A stretch of DNA of 64,000 nucleotides from an uncultured candidatus Porisulfidus sp. (GTDB lineage: Bacteria; Pseudomonadota; Gammaproteobacteria; Poriferisulfidales; Poriferisulfidaceae). The DNA is taken from contig OZ220480.1 of assembly GCA_965116025.1 (NCBI GenBank), positions 320,001-384,000 of the forward strand. Reading direction: 5' to 3'. Shown here piece after piece: positions 53,023 to 64,000 of the stretch. A program made the position numbers and the translations under genes. The first letter of the stretch is position 1; every line of letters starts with the position of its first letter. A model generated the notes under the pieces. It made no database searches, had not been told where the DNA came from, and worked only from the letters and a program-made list of their open reading frames with translations.

Positions 53023-53328
53023 ATGCCGCATTACAAACGACACGCCTTCTTCTGCGTCAACCAGCGAGAGGACGATGCCTGCTGTCAGGATCATGGCGCG
53101 CGGGCGATGCGCGACTACGCCAAAAAACGGTGCCAGGCGCTTGGCATTCACGGAACCGGCCAAGTCCGAATCAACCGGGCGGGGTGCCTCGACCGGTGCG
53201 CCGAAGGCCCGGTCATCGTCGTCTATCCGGAAGGCGTTTGGTACCGCTATCGCGATCAGGCCGACATCGACCGTATCATCGACCAGCATCTGATTCGCGG
53301 AAAGCCCGTGAAAGACCTGGAGATCTAA
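53023..53328 (+). CDS. Thioredoxin-like [2Fe-2S] ferredoxin
   Basis: FFCVNQR..CC, GCLDRCAEGP, VYPEGVWY. Confidence 0.92.
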   Translation: MPHYKRHAFFCVNQREDDACCQDHGARAMRDYAKKRCQALGIHGTGQVRINRAGCLDRCAEGPVIVVYPEGVWYRYRDQADIDRIIDQHLIRGKPVKDLEI

Positions 53329-53330
53329 GG

Positions 53331-54368
53331 ATGGAGCTCCGTCCGCTTGGCGACACCGGCATCGAGGTCAGCGCTCTCTGTCTCGGGACCATGACGTTCG
53401 GCGAACAGAACACCGAGGCCGAGGCCCACCAGCAACTGGACCGGGCGTTCGAGCGCGGCGTCAACTTCATCGATACCGCCGAGATGTACTCCGTCCCGAT
53501 CAGCGCGCGCACCCAGGGCCTCAGCGAGCGGCACGTCGGCTCTTGGCTCGCCTCCTCCCGCGTTCCCAGGGACCATGCGGTGATCGCGACCAAGGTGAGC
53601 GGTCCCAGAGCGTCCATGGACTATCTGCGCGATGGGCCACGCCTGAGCGCGAAACACATCCATCAGGCCATGGACGACAGCCTGCGCCGCCTGCGCACCG
53701 ACTACGTCGACCTCTATCAGGCGCACTGGCCCGAGCGGAACACCAACTATTTCGGGCAACTGGGATATCGAAGCGGAGACGACCCGGACTCCATCCCGAT
53801 CGAGGAGACCTACGAGGCGCTCCGCCAGCTGGTGGAAGTCGGCAAGGCGCGCGCCATCGGGGTATCCAACGAGACCCCGTGGGGAGTGTCAGAATACCTG
53901 CGTCTCGCGCGGGAGTCTTCCGGCCCGCGCGTCGTCTCCATCCAGAACCCCTACAACCTGCTGAACCGGACCTTCGAGGTGGGACTCGCGGAAGTCGCCA
54001 TCCGGGAGCGATGCGGCCTGCTGGCCTATTCGCCTCTCGGGTTTGGGGTCCTCACCGGAAAATACCAGCGGGACCCCCCGCCCGAGTCCCGGTTGCGACG
54101 CTGGAGCTACTTCAACCGGTACAGCAACCCGCAGGCTAAGGCCGCGACCGCTCAATACCTGGAGTTGGCGCGCAAGCATGGCCTGAGCCCCGCGCAGATG
54201 GCCCTAGCTTTCATTCGGAAGCAGGCCTTCGTCACCAGCGTCATCGTCGGCGCCACCACGATCCAGCAATTGGATGAGAATCTGGCGAGCGTCGATCTGG
54301 ATCTGCCAGATCCGTTGCCGCGCGAGATCGACGCGATCCACGAGACCCAGCCAAACCCCGCTCCCTGA
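53331..54368 (+). CDS. tas: NADP(H)-dependent aldo-keto reductase (Tas-like)
   Basis: LGTMTFGEQN, DTAEMY, IATK, HWPER, SNETPWG. Confidence 0.9.
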   Translation: MELRPLGDTGIEVSALCLGTMTFGEQNTEAEAHQQLDRAFERGVNFIDTAEMYSVPISARTQGLSERHVGSWLASSRVPRDHAVIATKVSGPRASMDYLRDGPRLSAKHIHQAMDDSLRRLRTDYVDLYQAHWPERNTNYFGQLGYRSGDDPDSIPIEETYEALRQLVEVGKARAIGVSNETPWGVSEYLRLARESSGPRVVSIQNPYNLLNRTFEVGLAEVAIRERCGLLAYSPLGFGVLTGKYQRDPPPESRLRRWSYFNRYSNPQAKAATAQYLELARKHGLSPAQMALAFIRKQAFVTSVIVGATTIQQLDENLASVDLDLPDPLPREIDAIHETQPNPAP

Positions 54369-54369
54369 A

Positions 54370-55083
54370 TCACATCGGGGGAGACATCCGCGCTCCCGCG
54401 TCCTCGATCCACTCTCGGACCCGCTCGTTCAGCCGCGCGGGCCGCGATCCTTCCGTGGAGATCGGCGGCCCGACCCGAACGGTGACCGTTCCGGGCTTCT
54501 TGACGTACCCCCGAAGCCAAAAGCGTCCTGAGTTGTGGGCCATCGGGAGCACCGGCACCTGGTTCTGGACCGCGATATGCGCTCCACCCGCCTGATAGGG
54601 GCGACGTTCTCCCGGAGCGAGACGAGTGCCTTCCGGGAAAATAACGACCGCGTCGCCACGCGCGAAACGCTCGCGCGCCTGTCTCACCAAACGCTTGAGG
54701 CTGCGCACCGGCGAGCTTCGAACGATGATGATCGGGCGCGTCAGAGCCAAGCCCCAGCCAATCACCGGAATCCACAGCAAGGACCGCTTGAGCGCGAAGA
54801 TCGGTCGCCGCAATAGCACCACCAGCAAGATCGTCTCGAACGCCGACTGGTGATTCGCCATTAGCATGAAGGGGCCAGAATCAGGGATGTTCTCACGCCC
54901 GTGGACCTCGCAGGAAATTCCACAGAGCGCGTCCGCGCACCAGAGGACGGCCACGTTCCAGAGGCTGAGCAACCGATAGCAGGGACGGCGGGGCAGGCAC
55001 GCGGCGATCGGCAACGCGCATGCGGCGGCCAGCGTGACGGCCAGAACGCCTAGGTAGAACGACGTGGAGCGGATGATGGCCAT
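54370..55083 (-). CDS. plsC: 1-acyl-sn-glycerol-3-phosphate acyltransferase
   Basis: NHQSAFET, FPEGTR; glyQS-gmhB-plsC order. Confidence 0.9.
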   Translation of the reverse strand: MAIIRSTSFYLGVLAVTLAAACALPIAACLPRRPCYRLLSLWNVAVLWCADALCGISCEVHGRENIPDSGPFMLMANHQSAFETILLVVLLRRPIFALKRSLLWIPVIGWGLALTRPIIIVRSSPVRSLKRLVRQARERFARGDAVVIFPEGTRLAPGERRPYQAGGAHIAVQNQVPVLPMAHNSGRFWLRGYVKKPGTVTVRVGPPISTEGSRPARLNERVREWIEDAGARMSPPM

Positions 55084-55093
55084 CCGACCGCGC

Positions 55094-55636
55094 TCAGCAA
55101 GATGACGCCAGCAACTCGTCCACGAAGGAAAGCAGATTGTCGTACACCGGGATGCCGGCCGGCAGCTCCTCGTTCTTCTCGATCTGCCTGCCGTACCCCG
55201 TGCGCACCAGAACTGGTCGCGCGCCGGCCGCCAGCGCGGCCTGGATGTCCGACAGCTTGTCCCCGACCGCCGGCACGTTCCCCAAGTCGGTCCCGCACCG
55301 CTGCGCGATATCCTCGAACATGCCCGGCTTGGGCTTGCGGCAGTCGCTCTTCGCGTCCGGCGCGTCCGGGCAGAAAAATATGGCGTCCACCCAGCCCCCG
55401 AACCGGCCCAGGGAGTTGTGCATTTTCTGATGGATCGTGTTCAGGGCGTCCATGTCGATGATGCCGCGGCCAACGGCCGACTGGTTGGTCGCGAGCACCA
55501 CCCGGTAGCCCGCCTCGTTCAGCCGGGACACCGCCTGCATGCTGCTGTCGATCGGCACCCACTCGTCCGGCGTCTTGATGAAGTCCCTCCGCTCCTCGTT
55601 CAGGACTCCGTCGCGATCCAGAATGATCAGTTTCAT
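55094..55636 (-). CDS. gmhB: D,D-heptose 1,7-bisphosphate phosphatase
   Basis: LDRDGVLN, TNQS, CRKPKPGM, VGDKLSD. Confidence 0.95.
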   Translation of the reverse strand: MKLIILDRDGVLNEERRDFIKTPDEWVPIDSSMQAVSRLNEAGYRVVLATNQSAVGRGIIDMDALNTIHQKMHNSLGRFGGWVDAIFFCPDAPDAKSDCRKPKPGMFEDIAQRCGTDLGNVPAVGDKLSDIQAALAAGARPVLVRTGYGRQIEKNEELPAGIPVYDNLLSFVDELLASSC

Positions 55637-55655
55637 ATCTTAAATTCCGTTCCGC

Positions 55656-57752
55656 TCAATCCCGCAAGCATGAGATATCCGCGATTTCCAGAAACGATTC
55701 CCTTATTTTTCTGAGAAGGCGCAGACGATTATGACGCAATTTCTCGTCTTCCGCCATCACCAGCACCGAATCGAAGAACTTGGACACCGGCTCCGCCAGC
55801 TCGACCAGCGCGTCCAGCGCCCGCTCATAGCGCCGCTCCACGCGACGCTCCAGAGATTGATCGCGCGCCGTCTCGAACCGCGTCCAGAGCGCCCGCTCCG
55901 CCGCCTCTTCCAACAGGTCCGGATCTACAGCGCCGTCGATTCCGTCCGCCTCGCGCAAGATGTTCCGGATCCGCTTGTGCGTCTCGATCAGCGACCGCGC
56001 TCGCGGCCGAAGCCGGAACTCCTCCACCGCCCTCGCCCGTCTGAAGGCGTCCAGCGGTCGCGCGAATCCCGTCGCCAGAGCCGCCTCGGCGACATCGCGG
56101 GATAACCCGCGCTCCACCACGTAGCCACGCATCCGGTCCTCCAAATACTTGAGCGTCGCCCGCGGAGCGGCGGGATCAAGAGATTCCGGATAGCCCTCGG
56201 CCGCCCGCGCGAGGCAGTCCTCCAGATCCAAATCCAGATCTCTCTCCACCGTCAGGCGCAAGACGCCATACGCCGCGCGTCGGACTCCCAGCGGGTCCCG
56301 GGTCCCGGTGGGAGTCTCGCCGATCGAGAACACGCCGACCAGCATATCCAGCCGGTCGGCCAAGGCTAGGGCGAGGCCGGGCAACGCGCCCGGCAACGCG
56401 TCGTCCGCGCGCCGGGGCAAATAGTGATCCGAGATCGCCGCGCAAACCGCTTCCTCCTCCCCCTCCATCTTGGCGTACCACGCGCCCATGATTCCCTGGA
56501 GCTTCGGAAACGACTGCACGATGTCCGTGCCCAGATCCGCCTTGCACAGGCGCGCCGCGCGCTCCACCACCCTCTCGCTCACGTCCGCGCCCGATTCCCG
56601 AACGATATGCAAGGCCAGCCGCCCAATGCGCCGAACCCGATCAAGGAGCGTCCCCAATTCGCGGTGAAACACTACCCTGCCCAAATCCTCGACGCGAGAT
56701 TCGAGCGGCCGCGACCGGTCGCGCTCCAGGTAGAACGCCGCGTCCTGCAGTCGAGAGCGCGCGACCCGCTCGCACCCGGCGCGGACATCTCCGTTCACGT
56801 CCGGGACGTTGGCGACGGCGAGAAAAATCCGGGACGGCGCGCCATCCGCGGTCCGGGTCGAGAAGTATTTTTGCTGGTCTTCCAGAACCGCGCGGACCAC
56901 CTCCCACGGAAGGTCCAGAAACTCCTCGTCGACGCGGCCCGCGACGACCACCGGAAACTCCACGCTCGCGCAAACCTCCTCAAGCAGGCTCTCCGTCCGG
57001 ACCGCCGACGCTCCCGTCTCGATCTCGATTTCGGAGAGCTGCCGCTCCGTCTCTCGCCGTCGCTCCGCGCCGTCCACCAGCACGCGTCCTCGCTCGCGCA
57101 GGACCTCCTCATAGGAGTCGGCGTCCACCAAATCCAAGAGCCTCTCTCCGAGAAAGCGGTGGCCGCGCGTGGTCGCGCCACAGGCCAGCCCCAGAACCTC
57201 TCCCTCGACCGGCTCGTCACCGTACAGCAACACCACCCATCGGACCGGACGCAGAAAAGCGACTTCCCGCGCGCCCCAGCGCATGCGTTTTGGAAGAGGC
57301 AGTCCCGCCACGGCGCGGTCGAGCGCTCCCGGCAGAACTTCCCGACAATCGCGCGGCTCGGTCGTCCGCTCGAACGCGAGCCATTCCCCCTTTCCCGATC
57401 TCAGACGATCTTTTCCGTCTTTCCAACGCCGCATCTGTTCCGCGTCCGTTCCGCACCCCTTGGCGAAGCCCAGCAGAGCGCGCGTCGGGCGCCCTTCCGA
57501 GTCGAAGGCCGCTGCGACCGCGGGACCCTTGCGGGTCTCGGCGAGCGCGTCGGTCCGCGCCGCGACCGCCGAAATCCGCAACGCCAGGCGACGCGACGAC
57601 GCGTATGCCTGGACGGCCCTCCCGAACGGAAGGTTCGCGTCTTCCAGCTCCGCCACGACCCCGGCTTTCAGGGCCTCCCTAAGGGAATCCTGATAGCGGG
57701 GAGGGAGTTCTTCCGTACCAAGCTCGAACAGCGCGGCGCGAGTCTCGCTCAT
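55656..57752 (-). CDS. glyS: Glycine-tRNA ligase beta subunit
   Basis: [35 protein letters not shown]. Confidence 0.96.
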   Translation of the reverse strand: MSETRAALFELGTEELPPRYQDSLREALKAGVVAELEDANLPFGRAVQAYASSRRLALRISAVAARTDALAETRKGPAVAAAFDSEGRPTRALLGFAKGCGTDAEQMRRWKDGKDRLRSGKGEWLAFERTTEPRDCREVLPGALDRAVAGLPLPKRMRWGAREVAFLRPVRWVVLLYGDEPVEGEVLGLACGATTRGHRFLGERLLDLVDADSYEEVLRERGRVLVDGAERRRETERQLSEIEIETGASAVRTESLLEEVCASVEFPVVVAGRVDEEFLDLPWEVVRAVLEDQQKYFSTRTADGAPSRIFLAVANVPDVNGDVRAGCERVARSRLQDAAFYLERDRSRPLESRVEDLGRVVFHRELGTLLDRVRRIGRLALHIVRESGADVSERVVERAARLCKADLGTDIVQSFPKLQGIMGAWYAKMEGEEEAVCAAISDHYLPRRADDALPGALPGLALALADRLDMLVGVFSIGETPTGTRDPLGVRRAAYGVLRLTVERDLDLDLEDCLARAAEGYPESLDPAAPRATLKYLEDRMRGYVVERGLSRDVAEAALATGFARPLDAFRRARAVEEFRLRPRARSLIETHKRIRNILREADGIDGAVDPDLLEEAAERALWTRFETARDQSLERRVERRYERALDALVELAEPVSKFFDSVLVMAEDEKLRHNRLRLLRKIRESFLEIADISCLRD

Positions 57753-58630
57753 TCCACGCCCAAGGGAAAGTCCAGAGCCTCGCGCGCGGCGTAATAAGCC
57801 CGCGCGACCTTCCGCGCGCGCGCGCGCATGCGCAGAATGTATTTCTGGCGCTCGGTCACGGAAACCGCGTGGCGCGCGTCCAGCAAGTTGAAAAGATGCG
57901 AGCACACGACCAACTGCTCGTACGCGGGCAATGGCAGATCCTGATCGACCAGCTCATCGCACTCCCGCTCCATCTCGTCGAACTGGCGCGAAAGCTTCTC
58001 CGTGTCGGCCCGCTCGAAGTTGTAGGCCGACTGCTCGACCTCGTTCTGGTGAAACAGTTGCCCGTAGGTGACCCGGCTCGGCCCCGACCCGCTCCACGCC
58101 AAGTCGAACACGCTGTCCTTCCCCTGCAGAAACATCGCGATCCGCTCGATGCCGTACGTCAGTTCGCCAAGCGTGGGACGGCACTCCAGCCCCCCCGCCT
58201 GCTGGAAATACGTGAACTGGCTGATCTCCATGCCGTTGAGCTGCACCTCCCATCCCAGCCCCCAGGCGCCCAGCGTCGGAGACTCCCAATCGTCCTCCAC
58301 GAAGCGAATATCGTTCTCGGCCAGCGCGACGCCCAACTCTCGCAACGAATTCAGGTAGAGGTCCTGGATATCGTCCGGCGAGGGCTTGAGCGCCACCTGA
58401 AACTGGCAATAGCGCTGAAGACGATTCGGATTCTCTCCATAACGCCCGTCCGTGGGGCGCCTGCACGGCTGCGCGAACGCGCACCGCCACGGCTCCGGCC
58501 CGATCGCCCGCAAGAACGTCTCGGGGTGGAAGGTCGCCGCCCCGACCGGCAGGTCCAGAGCGGGCAAGATGGCGCAACCGCGGGCCGCCCAGTACTCTTC
58601 CAGTCCACGGATAAGGTCCTGCAGGGTCAT
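57749..58630 (-). CDS. glyQ: Glycine-tRNA ligase alpha subunit
   Basis: [34 protein letters not shown]. Confidence 0.97.
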   Translation of the reverse strand: MTLQDLIRGLEEYWAARGCAILPALDLPVGAATFHPETFLRAIGPEPWRCAFAQPCRRPTDGRYGENPNRLQRYCQFQVALKPSPDDIQDLYLNSLRELGVALAENDIRFVEDDWESPTLGAWGLGWEVQLNGMEISQFTYFQQAGGLECRPTLGELTYGIERIAMFLQGKDSVFDLAWSGSGPSRVTYGQLFHQNEVEQSAYNFERADTEKLSRQFDEMERECDELVDQDLPLPAYEQLVVCSHLFNLLDARHAVSVTERQKYILRMRARARKVARAYYAAREALDFPLGVE

Positions 58631-58869
58631 GCTTTTCTGGGGAAAATGGAGCGGAGGCCCGCCGGGAAAAATTGTAGCACTCGCGTGGCGACGAACCTGA
58701 AAATTGGTCCGGGAAGCATAACGCTCTCATGAAAACTCGACTCCAGTTTCCCCGCCACCTGGGTAACTGGCATCCTATCGGCTATCCTTGAACCTCCTTC
58801 CGCCGCGGGTCTCGGCGGGCGCGGTCCGCGCGCGGAGCGCGCTCACGCGCTATTTCTACCCGCGCGCGC

Positions 58870-61800
58870 TCACCACCGGAGGGAGGCGCGCAAGGCGATC
58901 CGGCTCTCGCCGCCGGTCTCCGCCTCCAGCGCCAGCGCCAGCGTCTCGCCACGGCGGTAGCGCGTCCCCAATCGCAGCAGCGCCAACCCGGACTCCTCCA
59001 CCGACAGCCCCGCGTACGGCGTCGCCAGTCCCGCCCACGGCCCCGACAGCCCCTGACCCACCTCCGCCTCCAGCCGCGTCCGAGCCTCCGCCTCCCCCAG
59101 CCTCGCCGACGACCCCTCCCGCGCGAACAGCCGCGCCAGCCCGCTCCCCGCGTCGCCCCGACCCAGCGACAGCCGCAGCGACGGACCCCGACCGCTCGCC
59201 TCCGGCGTCACCGACATCCGCGCGCTCGCGCTCCACTCGTCGCGATCCGCCTCGTGCGCCACCAGCATGCGCGTCCGAAGCTCCACCGACATCCGGCCCG
59301 TCCCATCCAAGTACGACACGCTCGCCCCCAGCTCCGCCCCCGCCCCGTCCGTCGCGTCGCCCCCGTCGTAGCGCGCCCCCGCCTCCAGCGCCGGCGTCAG
59401 CCTGCCCCCATCCTCCAAGACCCGCTCCCGCGACCCCTCCAGCGCCAGCCGAACGCGGCTCGCGTCCACCGACAGCCCCTCCAGCCCGTCCTCCGCGTCC
59501 GTCCGCGCCCGCGCCAGCGAGCCTTCCCCCCGCAGCGCCAATCGCAGAACGTCTCCCCCCGCGCCCGAGCGCTCCGACAGCGTCCGCCAGCCCCCCGCCG
59601 ACGCGCTCCGCGTCCGCAAGTCCGCCTCCCGCGTCGCCTGACCGTCCTCCCGCACCCGAACCTTCCCGCGCCCGTAGCTCGCGCTCGCCCACAAGCTCGA
59701 CCCGTCCTCCAAAAGCCACGCCACATACGGGCGCACCGACGCCAGCCGCGTCTCGTGCCGCCCCCGAACCCCGTCCGCCTCCGTGTCCAGATCGCCCTCC
59801 GCATAAGACGCCGCCACCCCCGCCAGAACGTCCGGGCGCGCCCGAAAGTCCACCCCGGCGTGCGCCGACCACACCTCCCCGTCCCAGGACACCCCGTCCT
59901 CCGACCCGTCCAGCGACGACAGCGCCCCGCGAACCCAGACCGACGCCACCCGGCTCCCGTCCGCCCCGGTCAGCCCCGTCGCCAGCGCCATCCCGGACAG
60001 CGCCGCCCGCCAGTCCAGCCCGGCCCCGTCCGCGCCCGCCCCCGACGCCAGCGCCGCGCCCAGGTCCAGCGCCTCCGGCTCCACCCCCGACGCCGCGAGC
60101 TCGATCCGCTGGGCGATCACCCCGGTCGCCTGCGCCACCGCCGCCGCCAGCGCCTGCGGCAGCGCCGCCGCGTTCACCCGGCTCGCCCGCGCCGCCGCCC
60201 CCAGCCGGTCGCTCACTATCCCGTCCGCCAGGGCGTCCGCCCCCACCGCGTAGCCCGTCCCCGCCAGCAGCTCGACCCGGTACGCCTCCTCCCCCTCCGA
60301 CCCCTCGTCCCCTGCCGTCGGGATCAGCACCATCCCCGTCATCCCCGCCTCTGCCCCGAAGTTCGCCTGGAAGTCCCGCGGGCCCAGCCCGCCCTCCACG
60401 TCCTCCGCGTCGAAGCCGCTGTCCTCCCGCGCCGACAGCCTCAGGCGAACCGCCAGCATGCCCGTCACCGCCTTGTCCGACGCCACCGTCAGCCGGATCG
60501 CCTCCCCCTCCGCCGTCACCGACGGATCCATCGATAATTGCAGGATCGGCGTCGTCTCCGACACCGACACCGACACGTCCGACAGCGTCGCCGCGTCGTA
60601 GCCCCCGCCCGCGATCGCGTGCGTCAGCGTCACCGCCGCCTCCGCCTCCGCGTCCTCGTCCGCCGCCGCCGACACCGTCACCGTCCGCGCCGTCGACCAG
60701 CTCGCCGCCGTGAACGTCAGGCTCGTCGGCGCCGCCGACACGTCTCCCGACGCCCCGCCCACCGTCACCACCACGTCCCCCGCCTCCGGCGGCGGAATGT
60801 GCAGAACCACCGTGTACGCCGCGCTCCCGCCCTCCACGACCGTCAGCTCCGTCGGCGCCACCGTTCCCCCCGGATCGTCCTCCGTCACCGACACCGACAC
60901 CGACCCGAACGCCACCGCGTCGTAGCCCCCGCCCGTCGCCGAGTGCGTCAGCCGCGTCGACGGGTCCGGCATCGTGTCGTCGTCCGACGCCGCCGACACC
61001 GTCACCGCCTGCGCCGTCGACCAGCTCGCCGTCGTGAACGTCAGGCGCGTCGGCGCCGCCGACACGTCTCCCGACGCCCCGCCCACCGACACCGTCACCG
61101 CCGCCGACGGCTCCGCCCCCAGAACCACCGTGTACGAGCCGCTCCCGCCCTCCGCCACCGTCAGCGCCGCCGTCGACACCGTCGCGCTCGCCGCGTCGTC
61201 GTCTCTCACCGTCACCGTCACGCTCCCCGCCGTCACGCTCCCGTAGCCCGACACCGCGTGGCTCACCGTCACCTCCTCGTCGCCCACGTCGTTGTCCTGA
61301 ACACCGGACACCGTCACCGTCTGGGCCATCGACCAGTTCGCCGTCGTGAACGCCAGCGACCCCGACGCCGTCGCCGCCCCCGGGTCCGAGCTCGACGGCG
61401 CCACCGTCACGCCTCCCTCCGGCTTCGTGTTCAGCCGCACCGTGTACGTTCGGGTTCCGTCCTCGGCCACCGTCAGCTCCGACCGCGACAGGATCACCCC
61501 CGGCGCCGCCGTCGGCGTCGCCTTCACCTCCGTCGAATAGCCGTTCTCCGGCGCCCGCGTCCCGTCGGGCGCCTCGGCGTACATCCGGAACGTGTACTCC
61601 ACGCCATTGCGAAACCCCGTGCCCTCGCCCCGCTCCACGGCGCTCGTCTGGCTTCCGCGAACGCGGCGAGTGCCCCACTCGGGCGGCATTTTCGCCCGGC
61701 TCTCGTCGTTCGTGTATTGGTAGACCCACCACGCCACCCCCGGCTGGGCGTCCCAGCTCAGCGTCACCGAGCGGTCGCCCGCCGTCGCCATCAGCGTCGG

Positions 61801-64000
61801 CGTCGCCAGCCCCGCCGTCGGCGTCGCCGGCTCCGGCGACGACGCCGGGCCCGCCCCGGCCGAGTTCCGCGCCCGAACCTGAAACTGATACCGCGCGCCG
61901 TTGTCCAGCCCCGTCACCGCGTGGCTTCGGGTCGCCGCCACCGAACCGGAGATGCTGGTCCACCCGCCCCATCGGGCCGCCCTCTTCTTCCGCCTCATCT
62001 GCCAGGCCGCGATCGACGCGTCCGCCCGCGGGAGCGTCCACGACAGCGTCACCTGACCGTCGCCCGCCGCCGTCGACAGGGTCGGCCTGCCGGAGGGCTT
62101 GACCACCGTCGCCGCCGCCCCGTCGCCCAGCGTCCCGTCCGCGCGCCGCGCCGACGCCGAGGCCGCCACCGCGTAGCCCGTATCGTCCATCAGCGTGATC
62201 CGGTAGGTCTCGTCGCCCTCCGTCTCCGCGTCCGCCACCGTCCTGATCGTCACCGTCCCCGCGTGCGACGCGGCGGAGCCGAACTCCGCGACGAAATCCC
62301 GCTCCAGCGCCCCCACGATATCGGCCGCGTCGAAGCCGCTGGCGTCCCGCGCCGCCAGCCGCAGGCGCACCGAGAGGTCGCCCGTCAGCGCCTTGTCCGA
62401 CGTGATCGTCAGGCTGATCGCCGTCCCCTCCGTCACCTTCGCCGGATCGGTCGACAGCCGCAGCGTCGGCGTCGCGTCCGACACCGTCACGACGACGGCG
62501 TCCACGCTCAGCGCCGAGCCGTAGGCCGCGTCCCCGCTGGACGCCGCGTGCGTCAGCGTCGCCACGTCGTCCTCCACGTCCTCGTCCGTTCCCGCCGACA
62601 CCGTCACCGTCTGGGCCGTCGCCCAATTCGCCGTCGTGAACGTCAGCGGCGCGCCCGACGCCGTCACCTCCCCCGACGCCCCGCCCACCGACACCGTCAC
62701 CGGCGCCGACGGCGCCGCGTCCAGAACCACCGCGTACGACCCGCTCCCGCCCTCCTCCACCGTCAGCGCCGTCGGCGCCACCGACACCCCCGCCGACGCC
62801 GCCGGCGTCACCCCCGCCGAGGCGTCCGACGCGGCGCCCACGCCCTCGCCGTTCACCGCCCGAACCCGGAAGCGATACTCCGCCCCGTTCTCCAGCCCCG
62901 ACACCACGTGGCTCGTCGACGTCGCGTCCGTGCCTTCCATGTTGGCCCAGTCCTCCCAAGCGGCGCTCCCCTTCTTCCATTGAACCCGCCAGACCGTCAC
63001 CGTGTCGTCGTCCAGATCGTCCCAGCTCAGCGTCGCCCGCCCGGCGCCCGGCGACGCCGCCAGCCCGGTCGGCTTCGCCGGAACCGCCGTCGCCGCCTCC
63101 GCCACCGTCACCTTCACGCTCCCCGCCTCCGGGATGAAGTCCGCGCTCGCCCCGGCGAGCCGAAAGGCGTGCGTGAGCGTCGCCGTCCCCGCCGCCACCC
63201 CGGACACCGTCACCGTCCGCGCCATGGCGGCGTTGGCCTGGGTGAACGTCAGGACTGGCGGCGACGCCGTCGCCTTCCCCGGCGCCGAGCTCGCGATCGT
63301 CAGCGTCCCGGAATCGCCCACCGTGATCAACGCGTCACCGTGCAGGGCCACCGTGTAGGTCGCGGTCCCGTTCGGCTCCACCGACACCGGCGCCCCCGCG
63401 AGGGTCAGCGCCGACCGGGCGGCGCTGGCGTTGGTCATCGTCGCCTCCGCCGCGTTCGACCACGGGCCAAATCGGTTGCCAAAACCCCCCGCGCTCCAAG
63501 CCCTGCCAGAATGCCGAACCTGATACTCGATCACCGCGCCGTTCAGCCAGTTCGCCGAATCGTCGTAACTTCGGGTATGGGGCTGGGAGAGGCGCATCCA
63601 CGTCGACGAGCCCCATCCGGTCTTCCCTTTCCTCCTGGATCGAAAATACCAGTCATTGAGATGGCTGCCGTCCGTCACGACCGCGTGCGGGTCCGCGTCC
63701 GCCACCACCCAGCTCAGCCCCGCCGCGCCGCCGGCCTTCGCCGCGACGCTCAAGGTCGGCGCCACCGCCGCCTTCGGCGTCCCCGCGTCCGCGTCCGAGA
63801 CCAGGCCATTCCCGTTATCGCTCACCGCCCGAACCTGAAACCCGTACGTCGTCCCGTTCGTCAGATCCCCCACATCGTAGTGGGTCGTGCCGGCGCCCGA
63901 GCTCGGAACGTCCATCCAGGCGCCGTAGCTCCCGGTCCCCTCCTTCCGCCGATACTGCCACTTGGTGATGGTCGCGTCGCCCGGATCCGTCCACGACAGC
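58870..64000 (-). CDS. Large autotransporter/adhesin with fibronectin type III and Ig/Calx-beta-like repeats (5' end lies outside the window)
   Basis: FN3 motifs (LSW..LTNGTTYGFQVRAV, LENGAEYRFRVRAVN), repeated LTFTxANW.TAQTVTV, C-terminal barrel ending SLRW; frame stays open to the window edge. Confidence 0.88.
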   Translation of the reverse strand, partial: LSWTDPGDATITKWQYRRKEGTGSYGAWMDVPSSGAGTTHYDVGDLTNGTTYGFQVRAVSDNGNGLVSDADAGTPKAAVAPTLSVAAKAGGAAGLSWVVADADPHAVVTDGSHLNDWYFRSRRKGKTGWGSSTWMRLSQPHTRSYDDSANWLNGAVIEYQVRHSGRAWSAGGFGNRFGPWSNAAEATMTNASAARSALTLAGAPVSVEPNGTATYTVALHGDALITVGDSGTLTIASSAPGKATASPPVLTFTQANAAMARTVTVSGVAAGTATLTHAFRLAGASADFIPEAGSVKVTVAEAATAVPAKPTGLAASPGAGRATLSWDDLDDDTVTVWRVQWKKGSAAWEDWANMEGTDATSTSHVVSGLENGAEYRFRVRAVNGEGVGAASDASAGVTPAASAGVSVAPTALTVEEGGSGSYAVVLDAAPSAPVTVSVGGASGEVTASGAPLTFTTANWATAQTVTVSAGTDEDVEDDVATLTHAASSGDAAYGSALSVDAVVVTVSDATPTLRLSTDPAKVTEGTAISLTITSDKALTGDLSVRLRLAARDASGFDAADIVGALERDFVAEFGSAASHAGTVTIRTVADAETEGDETYRITLMDDTGYAVAASASARRADGTLGDGAAATVVKPSGRPTLSTAAGDGQVTLSWTLPRADASIAAWQMRRKKRAARWGGWTSISGSVAATRSHAVTGLDNGARYQFQVRARNSAGAGPASSPEPATPTAGLATPTLMATAGDRSVTLSWDAQPGVAWWVYQYTNDESRAKMPPEWGTRRVRGSQTSAVERGEGTGFRNGVEYTFRMYAEAPDGTRAPENGYSTEVKATPTAAPGVILSRSELTVAEDGTRTYTVRLNTKPEGGVTVAPSSSDPGAATASGSLAFTTANWSMAQTVTVSGVQDNDVGDEEVTVSHAVSGYGSVTAGSVTVTVRDDDAASATVSTAALTVAEGGSGSYTVVLGAEPSAAVTVSVGGASGDVSAAPTRLTFTTASWSTAQAVTVSAASDDDTMPDPSTRLTHSATGGGYDAVAFGSVSVSVTEDDPGGTVAPTELTVVEGGSAAYTVVLHIPPPEAGDVVVTVGGASGDVSAAPTSLTFTAASWSTARTVTVSAAADEDAEAEAAVTLTHAIAGGGYDAATLSDVSVSVSETTPILQLSMDPSVTAEGEAIRLTVASDKAVTGMLAVRLRLSAREDSGFDAEDVEGGLGPRDFQANFGAEAGMTGMVLIPTAGDEGSEGEEAYRVELLAGTGYAVGADALADGIVSDRLGAAARASRVNAAALPQALAAAVAQATGVIAQRIELAASGVEPEALDLGAALASGAGADGAGLDWRAALSGMALATGLTGADGSRVASVWVRGALSSLDGSEDGVSWDGEVWSAHAGVDFRARPDVLAGVAASYAEGDLDTEADGVRGRHETRLASVRPYVAWLLEDGSSLWASASYGRGKVRVREDGQATREADLRTRSASAGGWRTLSERSGAGGDVLRLALRGEGSLARARTDAEDGLEGLSVDASRVRLALEGSRERVLEDGGRLTPALEAGARYDGGDATDGAGAELGASVSYLDGTGRMSVELRTRMLVAHEADRDEWSASARMSVTPEASGRGPSLRLSLGRGDAGSGLARLFAREGSSARLGEAEARTRLEAEVGQGLSGPWAGLATPYAGLSVEESGLALLRLGTRYRRGETLALALEAETGGESRIALRASLRW

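Noticed and set aside
61560-63680. Diversity-generating retroelement acting on the adhesin
   Set aside because: No reverse transcriptase or adenine-specific template/variable repeat pair is visible in the window.

Overview
High-GC bacterial chromosome segment; gene content (glnE-ilvE, hldE-waaF, glyQS-gmhB-plsC, dnaX-recR, FN3 autotransporter) suggests a gammaproteobacterium, possibly host-associated (inference). Housekeeping genes alternate with defence loci: an AbiE toxin-antitoxin pair, McrBC, a frameshifted AAA_14/DUF4143 ATPase, a DUF4011-SF1 helicase-Vsr (Hhe-like) gene, a complete type I-G CRISPR-Cas locus with about 41 repeat units, an orphan M.RsrI-like methyltransferase, a Panacea (DUF4065) gene paired with a membrane-protein gene, and an AlbA_2/HATPase gene beside tRNA-Leu(CAA). 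Main leads: (1) an fwdD-fwdB-fwdA-ftr-fwdC operon whose B subunit keeps the Fe-S and Mo/W-pterin ligands of archaeal formylmethanofuran dehydrogenase, with a co-oriented ferredoxin and ferredoxin-NADP reductase downstream; (2) an IS1111-type IS110 element splitting the AbiE antitoxin, whose right end shows a readable two-loop bridge/seek RNA with donor and target guides; (3) a candidate new Panacea toxin partner; (4) recurring 19-nt half spacers in the array. All calls were made by eye from motifs and recalled family knowledge; no database searches were run.
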